DNA of 64,000 nucleotides, from NCBI GenBank assembly GCA_043821445.1, contig JBDRCT010000031.1:116871-180870 (forward strand). Reading direction: 5' to 3'. Below, one piece after another: positions 1-10,755 of the stretch. This DNA is from Candidatus Omnitrophota bacterium. Its GTDB lineage: Bacteria; Omnitrophota; Omnitrophia; Omnitrophales; Aquincolibacteriaceae. Numbering within the stretch: the stretch's first letter is position 1; every line of letters starts with the position of its first letter. The notes under the pieces were generated by a model. It did not search any database. It saw only the letters and a program-made list of their open reading frames with translations, and was not told the DNA's origin. The position numbers and the translations under genes are program-made.

Positions 1-2
1 TG

Positions 3-59
3 GACCAGGTCCGGAACGAGAAGGTCATTAAATTTTTAAAGCAGCACGCCAAAAAATAG
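3..59 (+). CDS. 3' end of an upstream CDS (partial), possibly trigger factor
   Basis: Frame 3 reads ...DQVRNEKVIKFLKQHAKK* into a stop at 57-59. tig-clpP is a common gene order. The fragment is too short for a confident call. Confidence 0.25.
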   Translation, partial: DQVRNEKVIKFLKQHAKK

Positions 60-138
60 CGTAGAGCGTAGAGCGAATAGTATAAGCTTTTCTATTTTCT
101 CTGCACTGTACGCTCCACGCCGATAACGGAGGTTGGAT

Positions 139-741
139 ATGAGCTATTTGGTCCCGATGGTAATTGAGACAACCGGAAAAGGGGAGCGGGCGTACGATAT
201 TTACTCCCGTCTTCTTAAAGACCGCATTGTTTTTATTGGAACGCCGATCGATGACGTCATCGCCAATCTTATTATCGCCCAGATCCTCTTCCTTAATATG
301 GAAGAGCCGGGCAAGGATATCAACATCTACATCAATTCTCCCGGAGGGTCTGTGACCGCGGGCCTTGCGATCTACGACACCATGCGCTTCGTGAAATGCG
401 ACGTCGCGACCTACTGCCTTGGACAAGCGGCCAGCATGGGTTCCCTGCTTCTTGCGGCCGGCACCAAGGGAAAACGATACTCTTTGCCGAATGCCCGCGT
501 GATGATCCATCAACCCTGGGGCGGCACGCAAGGGACGGCTTCTGACATCCACATCCAGGCCAAGGAGATCCTGCAACTCAAAGAACAACTAAATCAGATC
601 CTTGTCCGTCACACCGGACAATCGCTCGAACGGATCGAGAAGGACACGGATCGGGATTATTTCATGTCCGCCGAAGAAGCCAAGAACTATGGTATTGTCG
701 ACGCAGTGATCACAACCCGCACGGAGGTTCAAAAATCATGA
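139..741 (+). CDS. clpP: ATP-dependent Clp protease proteolytic subunit ClpP
   Basis: Classic ClpP sequence ([23 protein letters not shown]..., [14 protein letters not shown]..., MIHQPWGG). GGAGG RBS lies 7 nt before the ATG at 139. The ORF track starts at an in-frame TTG at 133. Confidence 0.92.
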   Translation: MSYLVPMVIETTGKGERAYDIYSRLLKDRIVFIGTPIDDVIANLIIAQILFLNMEEPGKDINIYINSPGGSVTAGLAIYDTMRFVKCDVATYCLGQAASMGSLLLAAGTKGKRYSLPNARVMIHQPWGGTQGTASDIHIQAKEILQLKEQLNQILVRHTGQSLERIEKDTDRDYFMSAEEAKNYGIVDAVITTRTEVQKS

Positions 742-1856
742 CGAAGCCCACGATCCTTTTAACTCCCGGTCCCACTCCCGTTCCCGAAGTCACACGCCAG
801 CTGATGGCAGAGCCGATCTTTCACCACCGCACGCCGCGGTACCGCAAGATCTTCGGGGATGTTTCCGAACGCCTGAAAAAAGTGTTCCTGACGGAAAACC
901 CTGTTTACACCTTTGCCGGCTCAGGGAGCCTGGCGATGGAAGCGGCTCTGGTTAATTCCCACTCTGCGGGGGACAAAGTTCTCGTGGTGGAGAACGGGAA
1001 ATTCGCCGAGCGCTTTACACTCATCGCGAAGGCGTTCGGGCTTAATCCGATCAGCCTTAAAGTCCCGTACGGAGAGGCCCCCGACCCGAAGAAGATCGAG
1101 GAGGCGCTTCAAAAGGACCCGGATATCAAGGCCGTTTGTGTCCAACTTTGTGAAACTTCGACCGCGGTCTTAAGCAATGTCAAAGCGATCGGTGAGATCG
1201 TGGCGAAAACAAACGCACTCCTGATCGTGGACGCCATTTCAGGCCTTGGAGCCGATCGCCTTGAGACGGACCAGTGGCACGTGGATCTTGTGGTCGCCGG
1301 TTCGCAGAAGGCGCTGATGCTCCCTCCGGGGCTTGCGTTCCTGAGTGTGAGTGAAAAGGCAAAAGCGCGTATGGCGACCGCCAAGTTGCCGCGCTTTTAT
1401 TACGATCTCAAACATTATGAAAAATCCCTAAAGGACAGCGATACGCCTTGGACACCGGCACTGACCCTGGTGATCGGGCTTCAGAAGTCGCTCGACCTGA
1501 TCGAACAGGAAGGGATCGAAAATGTTTTCAAGCGTTGTGCCGCGAACGCCGTTTTTACGCGCGAATCGCTCCAAAAAATGGGTTTGAAGCTTTTTTCCAA
1601 GGCACCCTCATCGACCGTGACGGCTGCCTGGTTACCCGAAGGGGTCGATGGCGAAAAGCTCTGTCAGGTGATGCGCGACGAAAAAGGGGTCGCGATGGCA
1701 GGCGGGCAGGGCGACCAGATGAAAGGGAAGGTCGTCCGCATTTGTCACATGGGCGCGATCACGAAGCAAGACATTGAAACCGGGCTCAAAGTCCTCGGCG
1801 AGACTCTTAAAGAGATGAAGACCGTCTCGAGTTCTTCCTGTTGCTGTTGTCAGTAA
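738..1856 (+). CDS. Class V pyridoxal-phosphate aminotransferase, likely phosphoserine or serine-glyoxylate aminotransferase
   Basis: Fold-type I class V pattern with a [13 protein letters not shown] lysine region. Immediately upstream of serA, which suggests a serine-pathway role. Overlaps the clpP stop by ATGA. Has an unusual C-terminal SSSSCCCCQ tail. Confidence 0.8.
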   Translation: MTKPTILLTPGPTPVPEVTRQLMAEPIFHHRTPRYRKIFGDVSERLKKVFLTENPVYTFAGSGSLAMEAALVNSHSAGDKVLVVENGKFAERFTLIAKAFGLNPISLKVPYGEAPDPKKIEEALQKDPDIKAVCVQLCETSTAVLSNVKAIGEIVAKTNALLIVDAISGLGADRLETDQWHVDLVVAGSQKALMLPPGLAFLSVSEKAKARMATAKLPRFYYDLKHYEKSLKDSDTPWTPALTLVIGLQKSLDLIEQEGIENVFKRCAANAVFTRESLQKMGLKLFSKAPSSTVTAAWLPEGVDGEKLCQVMRDEKGVAMAGGQGDQMKGKVVRICHMGAITKQDIETGLKVLGETLKEMKTVSSSSCCCCQ

Positions 1857-1907
1857 CAGAAGGATACGAACCATTCGAGCGCTCATTTCAAAAGAGGAGA
1901 TTTCAAA

Positions 1908-3494
1908 ATGAAGATACTTGTTTCAGATTCGTTGGGCCAAGGCGGGATGGACATCCTCCGCAAAGAGAAGAACATCCAGGTGGACGAGAAGGTCGGGCTC
2001 AAACCCGAGGAACTCAAGAAGATCATCGGGGAATATGACGCGATCCTCATTCGCAGTGCCACGAAATTGACGGCGGATATCATCGAAGCGGGCAAGAAAC
2101 TCCGCGTGATCGGCCGCGCGGGTGTGGGCGTGGATAATGTGGACCTTGATGCTGCCACCAAGCGCGGCATCATCGTCATGAACACCCCCGAAGGGAACAC
2201 TATCTCGACGGCGGAGCTCAGTTTTTCGATGCTCATGGCCCTGGCGCGTAACATTCCGCAAGCCGACGCGCACGTGAAAAAAGGCGAATGGAAGCGCAAC
2301 AAGTTCAAGGGTTCAGAGTTAAACGGTAAGACGCTCGGGATCGTGGGATTCGGCCGCATCGGCCGCGAAGTGGCCAAACGCGCCAGCGCCTTCAACATGA
2401 AGGTCATGGTGTTTGACCCCTTTATTTCCAAAGAAAGCGTGAAGCAATATCCGGTGGAATTCGTGGACGTGCCAACGCTCCTCAAGAACGCGGATTTTAT
2501 CACGTTCCATACGCCTCTTACCAAAGAGACCCAGAATCTTCTCAACAGCGAGACCTTCAAGCTTTGCAAGAAGGGCGTCAGGATCGTCAATTGCGCCCGC
2601 GGAGGCATTGTCGATGAAATGGCGCTTGCCGAAGCCATTCAGAGCGGACAAGTGGCCGGCGCCGCATTTGACGTGTTCGTCACGGAGCCGCCCGCGGCGG
2701 ACCATCCGCTTTTGAAGCTTCCCCAATTCATCTGCACGCCGCACCTGGGGGCTGTCACGGAGGAAGCGCAGGAGAATGTGGCGCTTGACGTGGCAAAACA
2801 AGCGATCGATGCCTTGAATGATCGCGCGATCCGCAACGCCGTGAATCTTCCCAATCTCGATCCGGACACGCTCAAAGGTCTCAAGCCCTGGCTTGTGCTC
2901 GCGGAAAAGATCGGCATGCTTTATGCTCAGCTTTTTAGCGGCAGTTTCAAAAAGGTGGAGATCCGTTACGGAGGGGACCCGACGCGTTTCAACGTGGCGC
3001 CGCTCACCATGGCGGTGGTGAAGGGATTGCTCAAACCGATCTGCGGGGATTCCGTGAATTTCATCAATGCGCTAGCGGTTGCCAAAGAGCGGGGGATCGC
3101 GATCGCGGAGAACCGCAGCGACGAAAATGAAGGCTTCGCAAGCTTTATCGACGTTGAAGTGGTCCAGGGCCAGGAAACGCACCGGATCATGGGGACGCTT
3201 TTCAGCAACCAGCCCCGCATCGTCCGTCTCAACGAGTTCATGATCGACGTGGTGCCGGAAGGCTGGGTCCTTTTCGTAAAGAACGACGATCTTCCCGGTG
3301 TGGTCGGGATGATCGGGACCGTGCTCGGCAAGAACGGGGTCAACATCGCGGAGATGTCGCTCGGGCGCGTCGGTAAAGGCAAAAAGGCTTATGCCATGAC
3401 CGCGATCAATACCGACAGTGAAGTGCCCGCCAAAGTCGTGGCATTGATCAAAAAGAACAAGCTCGTGTTAGACGTCAAAGTCGTTAAATTGTAG
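1908..3494 (+). CDS. serA: D-3-phosphoglycerate dehydrogenase with C-terminal ACT domain
   Basis: 2-hydroxyacid dehydrogenase Rossmann motif GIVGFGRIGREVA. The 528 aa length fits the long ACT-containing SerA type. Confidence 0.9.
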   Translation: MKILVSDSLGQGGMDILRKEKNIQVDEKVGLKPEELKKIIGEYDAILIRSATKLTADIIEAGKKLRVIGRAGVGVDNVDLDAATKRGIIVMNTPEGNTISTAELSFSMLMALARNIPQADAHVKKGEWKRNKFKGSELNGKTLGIVGFGRIGREVAKRASAFNMKVMVFDPFISKESVKQYPVEFVDVPTLLKNADFITFHTPLTKETQNLLNSETFKLCKKGVRIVNCARGGIVDEMALAEAIQSGQVAGAAFDVFVTEPPAADHPLLKLPQFICTPHLGAVTEEAQENVALDVAKQAIDALNDRAIRNAVNLPNLDPDTLKGLKPWLVLAEKIGMLYAQLFSGSFKKVEIRYGGDPTRFNVAPLTMAVVKGLLKPICGDSVNFINALAVAKERGIAIAENRSDENEGFASFIDVEVVQGQETHRIMGTLFSNQPRIVRLNEFMIDVVPEGWVLFVKNDDLPGVVGMIGTVLGKNGVNIAEMSLGRVGKGKKAYAMTAINTDSEVPAKVVALIKKNKLVLDVKVVKL

Positions 3495-3593
3495 AAGAGA
3501 AGAAGCACATGAACCCCGTTAGAGCCCTTTGGGGAATCGGTGTTCGGAAAAGTCAAAGTGTTAAAATGAATCCAACAATTACCAGATTTTTAA

Positions 3594-4883
<1,290 letters not shown>

Positions 4884-4978
4884 GATCTTTCATGCCCAAT
4901 CCTCCGTTACCAGAAAATTCAAAGGTTGATTGGACTAGTCCTGGCAGCCTTTTTTTAAAAAACTATTGAGGCCAGGAC

Positions 4979-5722
4979 ATGCCTAACGTGATTCCTCAGC
5001 ATGTTGCAATCATCATGGATGGCAACGGACGCTGGGCCAAGAAGCAAGGCCTTCTGCGCGTTCAGGGACATGAAGTCGGCGTTCAACGCGTCGAAGAGAT
5101 CATCAAAGTCGCGCAGGAAAAAGGGATCCGTTTTTTGACCCTCTATGCTTTTTCCAAAGAAAATTGGCGGCGCCCCAAAGAAGAAATAGAGTTCCTGATG
5201 GGGCTTTTGTCCTCTTATCTGGACAAAAAGATCGAAGTGCTGATCAAGAACAACTGTGTCTTCAATGTGATCGGTGAAACAGGGGACCTTGCCCCAACGT
5301 TGCAAAAAAAACTCAAGCAGGCCGTGGAAGCTTCCAAGCATAATACCGGCCTGGTCGTGACTTTCGCTTTGAGCTATTCCAGCCGCCGCGAGATCTTGCA
5401 GGCCTGTCAAAAGATCGCGGAGCAGGCGGTACGGGGGGCGATTCAGCCTTCCGAGATCACCGAAGAGACCCTTTCCCGCAATCTTTATACGGCGGACATG
5501 CCGGACCCGGAACTTCTGATCCGCACGAGCGGGGAGATGAGGATCAGTAATTTTCTTTTGTGGCAGATCTCTTATGCCGAGCTTTATATCACACAAAAGT
5601 TCTGGCCCGAATTCACCCGTGATGAATTCGAGAAAGCACTTGAGGATTATAAGGGCCGGGAAAGACGCTTCGGCGATACATGCCCCGTTAGAGGCTCGAA
5701 CAACGCGGGTGGCAACCATTAG
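4979..5722 (+). CDS. uppS: Isoprenyl transferase (undecaprenyl diphosphate synthase)
   Basis: HVAIIMDGNGRWA and LTLYAFSKENWRRP motifs of cis-prenyltransferases. Confidence 0.93.
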   Translation: MPNVIPQHVAIIMDGNGRWAKKQGLLRVQGHEVGVQRVEEIIKVAQEKGIRFLTLYAFSKENWRRPKEEIEFLMGLLSSYLDKKIEVLIKNNCVFNVIGETGDLAPTLQKKLKQAVEASKHNTGLVVTFALSYSSRREILQACQKIAEQAVRGAIQPSEITEETLSRNLYTADMPDPELLIRTSGEMRISNFLLWQISYAELYITQKFWPEFTRDEFEKALEDYKGRERRFGDTCPVRGSNNAGGNH

Positions 5723-5810
5723 TAGCCTTTGGGCCATGACGGGTTTTTCGATTTACTTTTGAATGTATTTAAGCCTCTAACGGGGCGGGTGCTCCAAAGG
5801 GAGATGTACC

Positions 5811-6608
5811 ATGAACCAGCTCGTAAAGAGAGCTTCGACTTCGGCGGCCTTTATTTTGATGGCGGTCGCCGTGATCTTTTATCTGCCGCATTGGTGCTTT
5901 TTTCTGGCGGTGGAGGCGTTCATCCTCGTGGGGCTCTGGGAATTCTTTTCCCTCGCAGAGCAAAAGGGACTGCTCGTTCACCGGGGATTCGGCCTTGTGT
6001 TCGGAGCACTTTTGCCGGCGTCCGCTTATTTCTCATTGCAGCCCACGAATCTTCTCATGGTTTGCGTCGCGCTTTTTATTTTTCTTTTCAACCGCCGCTC
6101 TCCGGACAAGACCATCACCAGCGTTTCGGTCAGCGTCTTCGGGATCATCTATGTGGCATGGTTCTTTTCTTATCTCATCAAGATCAAGCTTTTACCCGAC
6201 GGAGCGGCCTGGGTGGCTTATACGATCCTGACCGTGAAGGGCGGGGACATGGCCGCGTATTTTATCGGGAAAAAATTCGGGAGAACCAAACTTCTCGAAC
6301 ACGTCAGTCCCAAGAAGTCCATCGAAGGCGCCCTCGGCCAGATGTTCGCGACGATCGCCCTTTCGGTCGGTTCCGTTTTCTACCTTCATGTCTCGCCGAT
6401 TCATCTTCTCATTTTGGGGACTGCGGTCGGGGCGTTGGCGCTCCTGGGTGATCTCGCGGAAAGTCTGATCAAGCGCGACGCGGGTGTTAAAGATTCCGGG
6501 TCGATCCCGGGGCTCGGCGGCATGTTGGATGTGATGGACAGCCTTCTTTTTACCATCCCTGTTATTTATTTTTATCTGACCATGATCCTGGGTCTTGAAA
6601 GATTATGA
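5811..6608 (+). CDS. cdsA: Phosphatidate cytidylyltransferase
   Basis: Multi-TM protein with a CdsA C-terminal signature (YFIGKKFGRTKL...SPKKSIEG). Sits in the conserved uppS-cdsA-dxr-rseP order. Confidence 0.9.
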   Translation: MNQLVKRASTSAAFILMAVAVIFYLPHWCFFLAVEAFILVGLWEFFSLAEQKGLLVHRGFGLVFGALLPASAYFSLQPTNLLMVCVALFIFLFNRRSPDKTITSVSVSVFGIIYVAWFFSYLIKIKLLPDGAAWVAYTILTVKGGDMAAYFIGKKFGRTKLLEHVSPKKSIEGALGQMFATIALSVGSVFYLHVSPIHLLILGTAVGALALLGDLAESLIKRDAGVKDSGSIPGLGGMLDVMDSLLFTIPVIYFYLTMILGLERL

Positions 6609-7807
6609 AACGTCTTTCGATCCTCGGTTCCACGGGTTCAGTGGGCGAGAATACCCTCCGCGTGGTCCGCATCCATCCCGAGCGATTTTCCATCAAAGCC
6701 CTCGCGGTCAAGAAAAACACCGAAAAACTTTACGAGCAAGCTGTAGAATTCCGCCCCGCAGTGGTTTGTATTTATGACCCGCAAGCAGCTCGAAAGGCCG
6801 CTTCCAAGTTTAAACGTCTCGGGATCCGGGTTGTGGCGGGGGATGAAGGGCTCGAGGAGGTCGCGACGCTTGCCGGGGTCCAGGAAGTGATCTGCGCCAT
6901 GGTGGGTGCTGCGGGGCTCAGACCTATTTTTGAGGCCGTACGCGCGAAAAAGACCGTGGCGATCGCGAACAAGGAACCGCTTGTGATGGCGGGACAACTC
7001 CTTCTGGCGTCGGCGGAGAAAGCCGGGGTTCAAGTCCTTCCGATCGACAGCGAGCACTCCGCGCTTTGGCAATGCCTTGAAAAACAGGATCCGGCTTTTG
7101 TCAAAAAACTCATCATCACTTCTTCCGGCGGACCTTTCCGGACGAGGAAGAGATCGCTTGCGAAGATCACGCCGGCGCAGGCGCTCGATCATCCCAAATG
7201 GAAAATGGGTCCCAAGATCACGATCGATTCTGCGACCCTGATGAACAAAGGGCTTGAAGTGATCGAGGCCGCAAACCTTTTTCGTGTGCCGGCCACCAAG
7301 GTCGAAGTCCTGGTTCATCCCGAGGCGATCGTGCACGCGCTTGTGGAGTTCGTGGACGGTTCGCATTTTGCGCATCTTGGGGTAACCGATATGAGGCTTC
7401 CGATCCAATATGCTCTGAGCTATCCCGAGCGGCTGGAGGACCATCTGCCGCATCTTGATCTGGAGCATCTTACGGCGCTTCATTTTGAGAAACCGGACCG
7501 GAAACGTTTCCCGTGCCTGGACCTTGGCTACACCGCAAGCAAGATCGGCGGGACAATGCCGGCCGTTCTGAATGCGGCCAATGAAGTAGCCGTGGAAGCA
7601 TTCCTTACCGGCCGCATCGGATTCCTCGGGATCCCGAAGACGATCGAAAAGACCATGCGCTCGCACCGTCTTGTCCATAAACCGGTTCTGGCCGATATTT
7701 TCGCGGCGGATGCCTGGGCCCGCCTGCAAGCCACTTCTTTGATAAGGAAGACGAGGCTCGCCTGTCCTCGCAAGGCGGCCCGGGAAACCGCTGAGGAACT
7801 TTTATGA
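6605..7807 (+). CDS. dxr: 1-deoxy-D-xylulose 5-phosphate reductoisomerase
   Basis: N-terminal ILGSTGSVG NADPH-binding motif, plus the DSEHSA and LMNKGLEVIEA motifs. Confidence 0.93.
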   Translation: MKRLSILGSTGSVGENTLRVVRIHPERFSIKALAVKKNTEKLYEQAVEFRPAVVCIYDPQAARKAASKFKRLGIRVVAGDEGLEEVATLAGVQEVICAMVGAAGLRPIFEAVRAKKTVAIANKEPLVMAGQLLLASAEKAGVQVLPIDSEHSALWQCLEKQDPAFVKKLIITSSGGPFRTRKRSLAKITPAQALDHPKWKMGPKITIDSATLMNKGLEVIEAANLFRVPATKVEVLVHPEAIVHALVEFVDGSHFAHLGVTDMRLPIQYALSYPERLEDHLPHLDLEHLTALHFEKPDRKRFPCLDLGYTASKIGGTMPAVLNAANEVAVEAFLTGRIGFLGIPKTIEKTMRSHRLVHKPVLADIFAADAWARLQATSLIRKTRLACPRKAARETAEELL

Positions 7808-8925
7808 ATTCTCTGATCTCGATTTTGCCGGCCCTGATCGTTTTCGGCGTGCTCATTATCGTTCACGAGTTCGGGCATTTTATCGCGTGTCGTTTTTCCA
7901 AGGTCCGTGTTGAGAAATTCTCGATCGGATTCGGGCCGGAGCTTATTCATTGGCAGTCCCAAGAGACGCGGTTTTCCATATCGCTTTTTCCGCTGGGAGG
8001 TTTTGTAAGTCCTGCCGGAGAGGAAGCGTCTAAGGTCGGACCGGAAGGGCCGAAATCAGGGGATTTTCTCGCGGCGTCCGTTCTTTCAAGGATCTTCATA
8101 GTCATTTCCGGCGTGATCATGAATTATGCGTTGGCGTTCGTGGTGTTCTGGGCCGTTTTTATGATGGGGCGTCCCGTGCCGGGGACCGTGGTCGGCGGTT
8201 TTGTGAAGGGATACCCTGCCGAGGCCAGTCTTCTCAAAGTGAATGACAAGATCGTAAAAGTAGATGATAAGGCCGTCCTGAACTGGCAAGACGTTCTGGC
8301 CCGGCTCGATGAAACACCGGGTACGATGATTACATTGAGCGTTGAACGGCCGCATGCGGGTGCGCAGCCGGAGTTTTTAACGGTCCCGATCCGTCCTAAG
8401 ATCGAAGACGCACGGGATCTTTTCGGTAAGACCGTGCGGATGAAGCGCGTGGGGATCATCTCGGATCCCGCAGCATTCGTGTCGGAGCGATACGCCGCCT
8501 TGCCGGCGCTTGCGAAGGCATGGGAGTTCGAGACTTTTTACACGGTGCAGACGCATCGGGCCCTTTTTTATTTGATCACGGGCCAGATCTCTCCGAAAAA
8601 TCTCATGGGGCCGCTTGGGATCATCCAATTAAGCGGACAGGCCGCCAAAGCGGGGATCATGACCCTCTTACAGCTTTTGGCGATCCTGAGCGTATCGCTT
8701 GCGGTGATCAATTTTCTTCCGCTCCCGGCGCTCGATGGAGGGCATCTGGTATTTCTCCTGATCGAACTTGTGACGCGCAGGCGCATCAGCCCGGTGTGGC
8801 AGGAACGGATCACGACGGGCGGGTTCTACCTGCTTATGGCGCTTATGGTGTTCGTGCTCTATAATGACGTTGTCAATCTTTCGATCCTCGAGAAATTAGA
8901 GCACCTTTTTCACTTAACAAAATAA
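7804..8925 (+). CDS. rseP: RIP zinc metalloprotease RseP (site-2 protease) with PDZ domain
   Basis: HEFGH zinc motif in TM1. Central PDZ-like region. NFLPLPALDGG motif in the C-terminal TM region. Confidence 0.9.
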   Translation: MNSLISILPALIVFGVLIIVHEFGHFIACRFSKVRVEKFSIGFGPELIHWQSQETRFSISLFPLGGFVSPAGEEASKVGPEGPKSGDFLAASVLSRIFIVISGVIMNYALAFVVFWAVFMMGRPVPGTVVGGFVKGYPAEASLLKVNDKIVKVDDKAVLNWQDVLARLDETPGTMITLSVERPHAGAQPEFLTVPIRPKIEDARDLFGKTVRMKRVGIISDPAAFVSERYAALPALAKAWEFETFYTVQTHRALFYLITGQISPKNLMGPLGIIQLSGQAAKAGIMTLLQLLAILSVSLAVINFLPLPALDGGHLVFLLIELVTRRRISPVWQERITTGGFYLLMALMVFVLYNDVVNLSILEKLEHLFHLTK

Positions 8926-8985
8926 ACAGCGCAACGCTCAACGCGCAACGGTCAACAAAAAACGTTGCGCTTTGCGCGTTGTGCG
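8926..8985 (+). promoter_or_regulatory. Nested palindrome (CGCAACG direct and inverted copies) between rseP and proS, possibly a terminator or operator-like hairpin
   Basis: The sequence acagcgcaacgctcaacgcgcaacggtcaacaaaaaacgttgcgctttgcgcgttgtgcg contains GCGCAACG twice and its reverse complement CGTTGCGC/TTGCGCGTTG twice. It can form an extended stem-loop. There is no T-tract. Confidence 0.35.
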
Positions 8986-8997
8986 TAGGACGATAAA

Positions 8998-10686
8998 ATG
9001 CGTTGGACCCAAACCCTGATCCCCAGTCTCAGAAATATTCCCAAGGATGCCGAAGCCGTCAGCCATCAGCTTGCGCTCCGGGCCGGCCTCATCCGCCAAC
9101 TTTCCTCGGGGGTTTACAGTTACTTGCCGCTGGGTTTCCGTGTCCTTTCCAAGATCATCAAGATCATTCGCGAGGAGATGAACCGGGCCGGGGCTTCGGA
9201 AGTGCTGATGCCCGCTCTTCACCCGGCCGAGATCTGGAAAAAATCCGGCCGCTATGAAACGCTGGGGGACGACAAATTCGCTTTCAAGAACCGTGCGGGA
9301 CATGAGTTCGTGCTGGGACCGACGCATGAGGAGGTCATCACCGATCTTGTGGGCACCAATATCAAATCCTTCCGCGATCTCCCGCTCAATCTCTTTCAGA
9401 TCCAGAATAAATTCCGCGATGAGGCCCGTCCGCGTTTTGGCGTGATCCGCACCAAGGAATTCATCATGAAGGACGCTTACAGCTTTGATGCCGATGAAAA
9501 AGGCCTGGATGCGAACTATCAGAAAATGTTCGGGGCCTATCAGCGGATCTTCACGCGTTGCGGTCTCAAATTCCAGGTCGTGAATGCGGATACGGGCATG
9601 ATGGGCGGCAAGATGAGTCAGGAATTCATGGTGATCTGCCCGTACGGGGAAGACCGTGTCGCGAGCTCCGAGGGCGGCTATCTTGCAAGTCAAGACATTG
9701 CTTCCCGAGGCAATCCCCACTTAAAAACCCCCGTCCCCAAGATCCCAAGACCCGAGCTTTTCGACACGCCGAATCTTCGCACCATCGAAGAGATCTCGCA
9801 CCGTTACAAAGTACCGCCTTCAAACATGATCAAGACGCTTATTTTTATAGCGGATGAAAAGCCAGTCGCGGCACTCGTTACGGGGGACAGCGAAGTCAAT
9901 GAAGGCAAGCTCCGGAAATTGACCGGGGCCAAAGAGCTTCGCCAGGCGGACGGGCACGAGATCTTAGGGGCCACGGGCGCGCCGGTTGGATTTGCGGGTC
10001 CTGTGGGTCTTAAGATCCCGGTTTATGCAGACTGGGATGTTCTCGGACTGGCGGATGCGGTGACGGGCGGGAACCAGAAAGACAAGCATATGAAGGGAGT
10101 GACGATCGGCCGCGATTTTACGGCCACGGTCGCGGGCGACATCCGTTTCGTAAAGGACGGTGATCTCGCTCCGGACGGCAAAAGCAAACTGGCTCTTACG
10201 ACCAGCATGGAGGTCGGCCATGTTTTCAAGCTCGGGACCCGGTATTCGGAATCGATCGGCGCCCATTTCCTGGATGAAAAAGGCGAGCGTAAGCCCGCGA
10301 TCATGGGCTGTTACGGGATCGGTGTGAATCGCATTCTCGCGGCCACGATCGAACAGCATCACGATCTGAAAGGTATCCAGTGGCCCGAGGCCATCGCGCC
10401 GTTCGCGGTGGAGATCATCACGGTCAATCACTCTGATGATAAAGTCCGCGTTGCCGCCGAAAAGATCTATGAGGAGCTCACCCAGGCCGGTCAGGATGTC
10501 CTTTTTGACGACCGGGACGAACGCGCCGGCGTGAAATTCAATGACGCGGACCTGGTCGGTATTCCTACGCAGGTCGTGATCGGCGAACGAAGCCTGAAAG
10601 AGGGCAAGGTCGAGGTCAAGGACCGGCGGACCGGCCAAACCGAACTTGTGCCCATCGATACCATTGTTTCTCGCCTCGATCGGTAA
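8998..10686 (+). CDS. proS: Proline--tRNA ligase (bacterial type with editing domain)
   Basis: Class II aaRS motifs (FRDE..RPRFG, GCYGIG) and a C-terminal anticodon-binding domain. 562 aa. Confidence 0.92.
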   Translation: MRWTQTLIPSLRNIPKDAEAVSHQLALRAGLIRQLSSGVYSYLPLGFRVLSKIIKIIREEMNRAGASEVLMPALHPAEIWKKSGRYETLGDDKFAFKNRAGHEFVLGPTHEEVITDLVGTNIKSFRDLPLNLFQIQNKFRDEARPRFGVIRTKEFIMKDAYSFDADEKGLDANYQKMFGAYQRIFTRCGLKFQVVNADTGMMGGKMSQEFMVICPYGEDRVASSEGGYLASQDIASRGNPHLKTPVPKIPRPELFDTPNLRTIEEISHRYKVPPSNMIKTLIFIADEKPVAALVTGDSEVNEGKLRKLTGAKELRQADGHEILGATGAPVGFAGPVGLKIPVYADWDVLGLADAVTGGNQKDKHMKGVTIGRDFTATVAGDIRFVKDGDLAPDGKSKLALTTSMEVGHVFKLGTRYSESIGAHFLDEKGERKPAIMGCYGIGVNRILAATIEQHHDLKGIQWPEAIAPFAVEIITVNHSDDKVRVAAEKIYEELTQAGQDVLFDDRDERAGVKFNDADLVGIPTQVVIGERSLKEGKVEVKDRRTGQTELVPIDTIVSRLDR

Positions 10687-10693
10687 GTATTAA

Positions 10694-10729
10694 AGTGTCA
10701 ACGTATCAAAGTATCAAGGGTTTGACACT
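10694..10729 (+). promoter_or_regulatory. Palindrome AGTGTCAA-N20-TTGACACT upstream of dinB, a candidate operator (possible SOS/LexA-type box)
   Basis: Exact 8-bp inverted arms lie 27 nt upstream of the dinB ATG. Tandem GTATCAA repeats sit in the spacer. dinB is classically LexA-regulated. Confidence 0.25.
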
Positions 10730-10755
10730 CTGATACCCTGATGCTCTGACACTTT

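Noticed and set aside
1883-2801. 251-aa and 160-aa minus-strand ORFs
   Set aside because: They are antisense within serA, with no domain signal.
4955-5737. 260-aa minus-strand ORF, and the 5729..6451 + 240-aa ORF
   Set aside because: They overlap uppS (antisense) and cdsA (alternate frame) respectively. The uppS and cdsA frames carry the conserved motifs.
6638-7729. 363-aa ORF on the minus strand
   Set aside because: It lies entirely antisense to dxr, which has unmistakable motifs. The translation is Arg/Gly/His-rich and low in complexity, typical of antisense reading of a GC-rich gene.
8938-9720. 260-aa minus-strand ORF
   Set aside because: It is antisense to proS.
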